64,000 nucleotides of DNA from Chrysomallon squamiferum (lineage: Eukaryota; Animalia; Mollusca), in assembly GCA_012295275.1 (NCBI GenBank), contig CM022671.1, forward strand, positions 3,782,001-3,846,000. The letters are read 5' to 3'. How positions within the stretch are numbered: the first letter of the stretch is position 1; the number at the start of each line of letters is the position of its first letter. The notes below the pieces were generated by a model that was not told the origin of the DNA, did not search any database, and saw nothing but the letters and a program-made list of their open reading frames with translations. Positions 1 through 11,300 of the stretch are shown piece by piece. The position numbers and the translations under genes are program-made.

Positions 1-35
1 AAATATTACCACCACTTTGTGCGTCTGGCCAAACT

Positions 36-70
<35 letters not shown>

Positions 71-779
71 AGGAAATCAACTGTAACGTTTTATTTACAT
101 TTTCTCAAATTTATTTATTTATTTTTTAGTTAGCGTCAATTGTTTTTTTTTTTTTTGTTGTTTTTTTTGTTATTGTCGTAAGTTCCGATGAACGTAAACC
201 GCAAAAAGCCGTAAGTATGAGACACGTTCTACTTCTTTACAACTTCCTGAATGAGTCACGTTCTACTTCTACGACAACATCCTTATGATCCTGTAGGATT
301 CGAACACTATAAACAGTAAATACGTATATGTCATTCCAAATACACTGCGCTGATTGGATCGCTATCAAAACTGAATGGGAGTTCCGTTCTGGTTAGATCC
401 TGAAGCGAACCACATCTCGAGCGAGTAGCATAATACCCAGTCTTTGCCCACTGTCATCATTCAATAGAAGAACAGTAAACACAAAGAGAAGCTGTTTGCA
501 TTAATGAAATGAACCTTTGTAGCCAGATGGTACAGGTTCGACACGAGAAATGACAGACACTAGGATGAACTCTTTTCGGTGTCCAAGTTCCAGTCAATGT
601 TTAACGGCATGTGCTGTCTTATTAAATATACTGCATGATATGAATTATAAAGGAAATTGCACGAAGAATGCGTAGACCGTAATTTAATTTTATTACTGTA
701 CATTTTGTGGTTTATTAAGAGCCTTCGACAAGAAGCAAGTGAAACATAATTTCGAATATATTTACATTTTTTTTTTTCA

Positions 780-2452
780 GTTTCATATAAAATTGGTGTA
801 TTTTCTAAGTCGCATATTTGAAACTTATCTTAAGTAGAGAATTTCCATTTAAAGATATATCTGTAAGAAATTTGTAATGTTTGTCATGGCTTTTAATATT
901 CTAGAATCAGGTGATAACGTAAACAATCTCGTTGCTAATACACAACACATTTTTCACTGTTGCCATGAAAAACAGATTTCAGAATCTTGAAGAAACGAAA
1001 GTTCAAATAGCTAAAAAGTATAGGTACATTACAAATAGTTATTTTGTTTTGTTTTGAAATTGTACAGACATTTTTTAATTTTAATATATTTCCATTAGAC
1101 GTACTGATAGGATGATAGAAATGGCTCTTTAACAGAAACAGTCTAAAAATATTATGCATTCTTTCCAATTAAATTTAAAAAAAAAAAAAAAAAAAAAAAT
1201 TCTAGGTCTAATTAGTAAGAAAGTGAGTACACTTTAAAAATATCTCGGCGCCAAAGATAACAAAATATAACGTAGACATATATGTAACACTAAATTTTAT
1301 TAAACTATCTTATAATTGTGATACCTATTTCTCGAAAAAAAAAACACCGTGTGGTTATATCATTTTAAATTTAACAAATTTACTTTCCGCTCACCCAGTG
1401 TTGTTTGGGTTTATTTATTTCGTTCGTTCTTTCTTATTTTTTTTTTTTTTTTAAATCAATTTGCTTTATTATTTTGTTGTTTATTAATCCCCGGATTAAA
1501 TTATATGTCGTGCTTTTCCAGAATAGTTAATTTTGACATTCTAAACCGAGATTTGGTCACACTTTATTTGTAAGCCCTGGGAAATTTTGGTTAAACACTT
1601 GGGGTATTTTAACATTGTTATAAGGCGTTTTTTTTGTTGGTTTTTTGTGGGATTTTTTATAAATTTTATTATTTTTGTTTTTTTTACTCCTTTCTTGTTT
1701 TTGTTTTTTTTCAATAGAAATTTTAAACATTTTCAACTGAGTTTACACTGTAACGTATGTGAGCTATATTATAATAAGCAGAATTTCTGTTTGTTAGATA
1801 GAAATGTTTATTCCATTTCTATCCTGATTTTAACTGTAATGTATATCAAACAGAACCTTTACTGTGTTCGTGCTTCAAACGTAATTAAAGAAACTGGAAC
1901 CAAATACTCATGAGAAATTATTCCGATTCAACAGAGAAAGTTTGTTCTGTTTTAAAGAATTCTTCGAATAATTTATTATTTATCTGTTGCAAACCGTCTC
2001 ATGAAATTTTATTAATAAAGCTCTTCAGTTTGATATAAAGCAGGTGTATTTTCTAAGTCGCATATTTGAAACTTATCTTAAGTCGAGAATTTCTTTTTAA
2101 AAATAAATATGAAATCTGTAATGTTTGTCATGGCTTTTAATATTTTAAAAACTGTTGATAACGTAAACAATCTCGTTGCTAAGACACAACACATCTTTAA
2201 CTGTATCCATGATAAACAGATGTCAAAATACTCAAGAAATAAAAGTTCAGTTGCCTCAAAAGTATAGGTATATTACAAATAACGTTTTACATGTGAATTT
2301 TTTTTTTTTTTTTTTTTTCAAAATCTTTTATTTTAATTTGTTTTGAAAATTTACATACATCGTCGTTTTCCAGTAGAGTTAATTTAAATCAGAAATGCTA
2401 AACCGAGATTCTGTCACATTTATTTGTAAGCTCTGGACATTTTGTTTAAATA

Positions 2453-2488
<36 letters not shown>

Positions 2489-2880
2489 AAACTCTATTAT
2501 TAGGTGTGTGTTTTTCTTTCAGCATTTTCTTGTTTGTTTTAATTCACTAGAAATCTTTAACATTTTCAAACGAGTATACACACTAACTTTTCTGAGCTAT
2601 ATAACAATAGGCAGAATTTCCATTATGGTGTATTTCCTAAGTCGGATGTTTGAAATATATTACAAATAAACGATTTCAGTTTCAAAGCAGTCTCGACCGT
2701 TTTAAAATTTGCAATATTCTTCTCTTACAATCATCGCTATGGTGTTTGTAAAAAAATGGTAATAACATAAGTGGTTTCTTTGCTAAGATCTAACGCAGTT
2801 TTTAACGATGATATGTACAAAACAGACTCCTGAATCTTTTGGAATTGAAAGTTCAATTATCAGAAAAAACAGTAATTGTA
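780..2880. repeat. Degenerate A-B-A'-B'-A'' tandem duplication (250-280-bp blocks)
   Basis: Block A (ggtgtattttctaagtcgcatatttgaaac...gataacgtaaacaatctcgttgct...) at about 795, 2043 and, more diverged, 2627. Block B (ttttccag...ctaaaccgagatt...gtcac...gagctatat...cagaatttc) at about 1514 and 2366. Confidence 0.85.
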
Positions 2881-3722
2881 AATAACATTGTATGTTTGAA
2901 GATTTTATCAAATATATTTGTTATTATTGGTTTTTGACTTCCTGACATTTTTCGAGCATTACCGATGGTTCCCAATTATTTTCCATGTTGACCAAATTCT
3001 AGTAATGTTGGTTTCGATTTTGACCAAATTCTGCTAATCTCATTTTCGATGTTGTCCGATCTTTATCAATATTTTGTTTCAGTCGTTTTAAACGATAACA
3101 AATCATTTTTGAAATCTGTTTATAGCTAGAAACTTTTTATAATAAAAACATAAAACAATAATATTGTAATATCATAATTATTTATTTTTTTCGAAGAGTT
3201 ATAGCAGTTAGAAATATTACTTAAATTTCAAAACCTAAAATATCTAGTTAGTCCTTAGGCGAAATTCTATTAAACAGAATACTCTAGTACATTTTCATAT
3301 TCGTATCTCTTTAGTACGTTTTAAAATCTTATATATTATTGTTATTTCTCAGAAAAAAAAGAAAAAAGAAAAAAGAAACTTAATTTTAATTCTTGAGAAA
3401 TATTTGCACTTGGAAATTAAGTGCATTTTTAAATGAAAAAGAAGAAACACTGCAAAGATGTCGCTTCGTCACATAGTTCATTATTTTATAGAAACAAGAA
3501 TAATACTGAAATTTTATTTATTATTTTTTAAACTTCTGTACTTGTTTTACGATAAATAAGATCTTGTTTTTATTAGTAACATCATTTTAACTTTATGGCA
3601 TCATTCAATGCTTTTTCTTTTCGATGTTAAACATAAAAAAAATGGCTTTTTTTTAAATCTTGTTATCGTAACTTGAAGTTTATTCAGTAGTTTGATATAA
3701 TATATATATAATAATAAATATA

Positions 3723-3778
<56 letters not shown>

Positions 3779-4645
3779 CGATACTACTACTACTAATAAT
3801 AATAATAAAAACAAAAATAAAAATAAAATGGTAATAAAAATAAATAAATAAAATAAAATCTATATATTACGAATACAGGAATATATATATATGATAGATA
3901 AAACATACTTAATATAATATGGGTTTAGTCATTAGTTTGCATAACACATAATTTATGTGTGATTATGATACTATAAGTCGTTAAAGCAAGGCACCGCGAA
4001 AAAAAGTGTTTAGACAATTTTGTATGTCTGTGCATTTCTTAACACAGCTAATAACATAATACTGATTATGATAATAATATTAATAATAATAAAAATGATG
4101 AAATAATAATAATGAGGATTATGACAATGTTAAATTTACAAAAGACATACAACACACAATCTTACCATCATTTCTATAATATGGTGAAAAGGAGAACCTG
4201 CTTGAGTTGTCCATTATATCGTTGTTGCTGTTGCTGTTGTTGTTCTCTACCGGAGGCTGAAGTCGCAATAATTGTAACCATAGTCTGTCGTTTCTTTTTA
4301 TAAACTTGTTTATTTATCGGTATGACGATAGTGGGATACATCTTCCGGTGAAGATAGTTCAAGATATGTCCTTATATGGAATGATCTTGCTATAAAATAT
4401 CTGCCATGTTTGTTATGTTCATAGGAAAGTGTTTGTTATGTAAATGTCGATCACGTTGTAATTTAATTTATTTCGTAATTTTGAAAACAATTTTGTGTTC
4501 GATATTTTGTATATTTGTGTATTTATCGTTTTTGCTGTTGACATTACATAAATTCTAAATGGATAAGAAATAAAGTAAGAACTCAAAAAAAGAAAGAATA
4601 AAAGAAAGAAAAAATAAATCAAGAACCCCCCTCCAGGGAAAAAAA

Positions 4646-4690
<45 letters not shown>

Positions 4691-5701
4691 TTTTCTAAAA
4701 AAATAGAAGAAATAATTAAAATGAAATAATATTTCAATATCTGGGACAACTCTTCGACGCTCAGTATGTATATGGGAAAATACAAAAAGATAAAATTTGT
4801 AAAATAGTTTTTGATGTATCGCTTATAACTCATTTTAAAAAGGACCAGTTAATATTTTATTAGATTTCTATGACGTTATAAACTGATTCTTTATATGTGT
4901 GTGTGTGTCTATGTGTATGTATGTATGTATGTATGTGTATATGTCTGTTTATTTTTTATAGCGTGCGTGTGCGTCCATATGTGCATAATACTGTAATGGA
5001 CGGATGTCTTTGGGAATGTTTTTCTTTTATCATAATTTTAAGGAAATAATGGTTGTTAAAAATGTATTGTCACTGTGACTGTTGTTGTTGATTTGGTCTA
5101 AATGAAACTATTGTTTGTCTGTTGTTGTTTATTTCTTGTTGTTTTGTTTTTGTTGTTTTGTTGTTGTTGTTTTTTTATGTGAGGCCAGTGATTGAGAATC
5201 AGCTGTTCATTGATCACTATGGTAAATTGATTTACCAAATAAATAACCGTGAATTAAAAACACATAGCACATGGGAACATGGACAGAACTGCCAAATTTT
5301 AGACGGTACCTATTTTAGACGGTACCTATAGGTTCACTGACCCTATACAGGTTTAGTCGACAAACGAGGGCGCGTGAACGACGTCATTCTAGGCCGTAAA
5401 CACAAAACTGTTAAAGACGGTTAGTTACTACAGTAGCAACAATGACGCTGTCACATGCTTTTGTAATGATAAATATCTTACTTATTAAAAACAATTAGAA
5501 AACAATTCGTCCGTTTATTATTTTATCCATCATTCCTCTCTCCACACAAATATTCCTTTATTCATTCACTTTTAGTTTTATCTTTCATTCCTTTTCGCCT
5601 TACAAATATTCCTTTATTCACCCATTTATTATTTCTACCTTTCATTACGCGTTCCCTTTCAAATGTTACTTCATCCATCCATTTATTATTTTATTCATTC
5701 A

Positions 5702-5732
<31 letters not shown>

Positions 5733-6069
5733 AATTGTAATTTTAGTAACTGTTAGGTTTAATTTTATTAACGATTCCTAGATAAGAAAAGGAAAATCTT
5801 GAAAACATTATTTGTTTTGTAATTATTATTATTATTATTCTTTTTATAATAGTTATTTTAACGTTTTTGCCAATGCTTGTATAATGGCTATGTTTGTATG
5901 TTTTTAATTATGCCGATAAAAATACATGTGAAGAAGACAGAATCCTGTCAAAAATGTAGACGTATTTTAGTTTTAAAGTATAATCACGTTAGTAATGTTT
6001 TAAACGAAAACATTTCGGAGACAAAAACACAACTCCTTTTAACACATTCATTTCAGGCGCCAGACTAAA

Positions 6070-6400
6070 GTGCCTTCTGTGACGTCAGAGTTCTCGTTAG
6101 TATATAACATCAATTTCGAGAAGCCGGGATGGAAGTCCTTTATAACCCTCCATAACCAAAATTTTGAACTCGTTTTGGAATGTTGAGGTGTTTAAATTTT
6201 AGAACGGGACACACAAATTTGGCAGAACAGGCAGCCCTTGATTATTTCTCGCCGTTTCCAAGGCTCCTTGAAAAGCCACTTTGTACCTTGAATGCAGTGA
6301 CAGTGAGTCACCTAGAAAGTGATGATACCCCCGCTTGAAGAGTTAATAATACAGAACTTGGTCTTGAAAAATGAATTCTGGGGGACCGTTCACCAAAGGT
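6070..6400 (+). promoter_or_regulatory. Candidate promoter / non-coding first exon upstream of CCDC117
   Basis: Full CRE TGACGTCA (6079-6086), then TATATAA (about 6101), then a GC-richer stretch ending in a possible donor AAG|gtacag (6398). No ORF. Confidence 0.3.
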
Positions 6401-6909
6401 ACAGAAGATAAAATAAAAAATAAAATAAAATAAAATAAAATAAAATAAAATAAAATAAAATAAACGGTTTAAAATTAAAATGAGTTAAATTAATAAAACT
6501 GGTAATAGTGCAATAAAATTAAAAAAAAAAAAAAACAAACAAAAAACAACAATATTAAAATAAAATAATTAAATTGTTTAAATAAATAAAAATAAGTAAA
6601 TAATTCAAATCATGTAATAAATATACTATTTCTACTAATAATAACATTGTCAGTAGCAATAGAATTAATAAAACTATTTTCATACATTTAGGTGTGTACA
6701 TTTATGTATGTATGTATGTATGTATATATGTTGTATGTATTCTTGCTTTCTATACATATTAATTGTTTGCTCGCTTGTTTCTTTGTTAAAATTAATAATA
6801 ATAATAAAAGAAGAAAGGAAACTGAATATAAATGAATAAATAATTTCAAATAAAAACGTCACTTAAAGTGAATATAATAAAATGATGTAAATGAAGATGA
6901 AATGTGTTC

Positions 6910-6929
<20 letters not shown>

Positions 6930-6977
<48 letters not shown>

Positions 6978-7035
6978 AGACTGATGTTGTTTTCTTTTCA
7001 TTTAGTGTGTATTTGAAATCTGTTTGCATACATAC
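6930..7035 (-). repeat. Short interspersed element flanked by (GA)n and (TACA)n; an inverted copy lies at 58860-59020
   Basis: gttgttttcttttcatttagtgtgtatttgaaatctgtttgcata is the near-exact reverse complement of tatgcaacagatttcaaatacacactaaatgaaaagaaaacaac at about 58867. Both copies translate to TDFKYTLNEKKTT in the ORF track. Confidence 0.85.
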
Positions 7036-7680
7036 GTACATACATACATACATAATGATAGTCGTAACATTATGATTATACATAGCATTTTGCATTGTTT
7101 TAGTGTTACTACTACTACTACTCCTATTCCTGCTACTACTACTACTACTAATTTGTATAGTTTTTATATACGACAATATTTAAGATATTTTACGACACAC
7201 TGTATTGGTTTACGTTAAGGATGAGATAACTCTGACCAGTCGCAGAGGGAATTTTAGAATATTGTGGTTTTTTGTTGTTGTTTGTTTCTTATCACGGCAT
7301 AATGCCATACATAGAGATATATACTTATAAGTGTTCTTAATTTCTGTTTAAAATTTCTTATTGTTACAAAATTTCAATGATCGAACAATATTAAGACCTA
7401 AATAGCTGAATAAGCCCAAGGCAAGAACTTCTAGAAGGACCGTAAATCATTAGTTCAGTTTTGTGATCTGTGTGTTAAAATACTCTGAATACATTCGGTA
7501 TCAGTGTCACAGTGACTGGGATGTTTTACTTGTGGTATAATCTGTTTTAGGTGTTTTTACTTGTTGTAAATAAGTCACAAACAATGAATTAATTATATTG
7601 ATATGGTTTTACCTAAAGTACTGCCGAAAACAGTAACTGTTAGTGTTATTAACGGTGCTTCCAATATAACAGGTCGGGAT

Positions 7681-8249
7681 ATGGCTAATTCTGGATTTAG
7701 CGTGTTCACAAATAACAACTACATCAACGTTTTAGATGAGAATTGTTCCATTCCTCTGACACCACCATCACTTTCATCTTCTATAACATCAACATTTCCT
7801 TGTCTGAATTCTTCACCTATGAACAAATTTACTTTTGCCACCCCTACCCAGACCAACCTTGTAAGTCATGTTGCTCTCTGTACCTCCTCACCGTCAGGGT
7901 CTGTAGCAAATATTATAGCCAGGACAATGCCAGGGGTGGGAGCAACATGGCAACATTCAGTTCCCAATGTGGCACAACCGAGGTTACAAATGGATGTCAC
8001 TTGGCAAAACTGTGTTCCACAGATGTCAGCATCGCAGTTTGGAGTTGAGCAGGATACATCGCCTCAGCTCTCTGTACCACAAGAAATGCCATGGATGCAA
8101 GACTCGCGATCTAATGATGTTCCAGTTTTCTCTGCAGTTCCTAAGCTGTAAGTTATCTTCAGTTAAATAGTTTTATTACTGCGTTTATCATAAAATATCT
8201 TATAATCTCTCATTCTTTCTTCTTCACATTTACATTCATTCTTATTTCT

Positions 8250-8348
<99 letters not shown>

Positions 8349-11300
8349 TCTGATAAAATAGTATTTATGATAAAAAAAAATAATAAGCTGACCATAAGAG
8401 ATAAATATGTATTTAATCTTGCACATTCACATTTATGCAAAATGTTGATTTTATTGGTCTTCAATTAAAAAGTGACACTAATTAGATATATAATGTCTGA
8501 TTGATAAATTATTATTTATTAAACACTAAAATAATCTAATTTTTCAGGAGGCCACAGATTTGTCAGAAACGAGGACCAAAACGACATTTTGGGCTCCATG
8601 ACGTTGATATAGGGTAACTTTTGTAAAAGATTTTGTATCAGGATGTAAAATCATTTTAGTCACAGACACTAGTAAAATAACTTCCCATAATCATGATAAA
8701 GCACTACAGGTGGCCAAGATTTTGTATAAATGTGTAAGGATCATATATACAATTTCTACATTCTTTTAAATGGAAAATGTATTTTTTTGGTCATTACTTG
8801 AATAAATCTTTTCATAGCAATATTTTCCAGCCCCTGATTTTAATAGTCAAAAGCAGCCATTTTGGACACTATTGGTTCATGTATCTCATGTTCTTGCTTA
8901 ATTCATAAAACTAGGTATGCCAACAAAAACTGAACTACTGTAGAATTAGATGGTGTCTAGTCATTGTATTGGACTGATGAAAACATGATATATACACTAG
9001 ACATTCTGTTATGTACTGTGACTGCTAAAACTGTTGCTAAAACTGTAATAGGGGAAGTGAATAGCTTGTAGTCACTAAAGAAGTTAAAATGTATTTGAGG
9101 GATTGTTAAATTCATTTTTTTTTTTTTTTGTAGATGTTCTCCATCCAAACAGTTCATCAGTGAGGAGATGATGGCTAGCAGAATGAGGAGCCTTTCCATC
9201 GATTCATCGACAGAAACCAGCTTCTCTGCCTCCCCACCCCCTGCTGCTAAAACACACCCACACCCAAGCAGCACTCTGATCAGAGACTGCCACCACACCC
9301 ACCAGCCCAGACCTGCTTCCAACTGGGAACGAATGAAACAAATCGAAGAAAGGTTACTTACGGTTTTCTTTCTTGTCTTTTTCTAGTCTAGAAAAGCAAA
9401 GAGAATATTTATTGTAGCTGATTATATCACGTGAAGAGTAAATTTATGTTAAGAATATTTTTTTTACTTGTTATTGTTTTATAAAGTAATGGGTAAATTT
9501 GAAGTAATTAAATTTAGTAGTAATAACAGAATATATACTTGTTTTAAATTGAAGGGTGCTAATTTTTATTTTTAATCATCACAAAGAGCTATGTTGTCTA
9601 CTTACATAAAATATGACATTCAACTTTGTATTTTAAACATTGAAATAATAGGTAATAAAGAAAAAATAATACATACGTACATACAATAATCATATGTTGC
9701 TTAATTTCCAGTGATGTATAGCTACATAAATTAAATGATAAATGTTTTGATTACGAAATGAAAAGTACATTTTCATTAACAAAAAATATAAATTTTTGAT
9801 CTTTACTAATATTGTTAAATAAAATTTTAATTTTCAGCAATTTGTAAAACCCACCATATTCAACTTGGCAATTAAGAAAGCTTCAGCATTACTCTTCATT
9901 ATTTTAAACCTAAATTTTTGTTTTGTTTTAAGAAATTCTGTACCAGTTATTAGATATATCTGAAACCATTGAGACCTCTTTCTGGGTCTGCTGTTGAAAG
10001 AACAAAACAAAATCGTTGTTGTTAAATTACATGGGCCTCAAACCATTGCTGTAACTAAATAAACATAAAATATTAATTCATAGTTTTTACACTTTGAAAA
10101 CCATCTCTGAACATGAAAAGCAGTATTTGACATCATAAACAACAAATGTTGATGCTTAGTTTAGTTATTGCGCAAAATCATTTTAGAAAGTTGAAAAATA
10201 CTTAAGTGTAATGCTGCTGCAAACATCTATGTGTGGTACCATGAACAAACATATTTTATATATTTCCAATTAATTTTACATTTTTATTAATACCAGTCTT
10301 TGCTAATATTAAAGTATTATGGAAAAAATGGTAGCCAGCCATTGATCTTCAAATGTTTGTTATACTATCATTATACATCTACTTCATTATCAGCAAAAAT
10401 TAGCCAGTGCAAAATGACACATCTGTATGGAACTATGCAAAATTTAATTAAGTTATTTGTTTGCCCTGGAAGATACTTCTGATATTTTTCAGTATATTTT
10501 GTCCTAATTGTGTATTTTCTAGTTTCAGTTTTTACTTCTTGTGAAATGTGGCCCCTTCTGATTTCTTCTCTCTTCACTTGTATAAAACTGGTCATGTGAC
10601 TTGATGAGTCAGAGCTGTGTGACTTGTCACATGATCATCTGATTAACATAAAACTGATTCTGTGTGCTCTTTGTAGATAGTTATAGTCTTTAACAACAAT
10701 AATAATATAAAAATTTCTATTGTAGTAGAAATTTAAAAGATCAGTTTTAAAAAACCTTTTCAGTATTTAACTTTTATACAGATATATAAATATTAAAATA
10801 GATACACTGTATTTAAAATGCTATTTAACAGTGTATGAATTTACAAAAATAGAGTCGAAGCACATTTAATTAAAATAATTATTTTATAACATTTTAATTC
10901 CTGTAAGATTATTAAACATTGCTGTTTTTAAGTAACTGTAACAGCATTTAAAATTTAAAAAAAAAAAAAAATTAATAAGCAAAAATTTGTTTCCTTCAGC
11001 CTCTTGTATTTCAACGTTACTGGGATCTCATTCTGGGGAATAGATGATAAAAATATAATTATTTTTTATTTTTCTGCCTCGCTTGAGATTCTGGCAGTGT
11101 TGAGATGCAAGAGGCTGATCATCTGTTTTATGATTTTTTTTTGTTATTTTTTTGAGGTTGGAAGATGAAGATGAAGATGAAATTGCAAGCACAGTGAATA
11201 AAAATGACTCAGAGCCTCGTCTTCATTTGCTATCTCAGGATTTCAGTGCAAGGGATCTGCTGTCCTCAAACCCTCTACTTCCGAAGAAGATAATAGATGA

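Noticed and set aside
5297-5330. Direct 16-bp repeat tttagacggtacctat as a transposon target-site duplication
   Set aside because: The copies are adjacent with nothing inserted between them; this is a simple slippage duplication.
8163-8464. ORFs with RERERE, SLSLSL, CVCVCV, YYYY or NNNN runs here and throughout the ORF track
   Set aside because: They are translations of microsatellites, or antisense and off-frame shadows of real exons.
10602-10642. Box C (TGATGA) ... box D (CTGA) snoRNA candidate
   Set aside because: Only about 40 nt between the boxes, too short, and no antisense guide that I could recognise.
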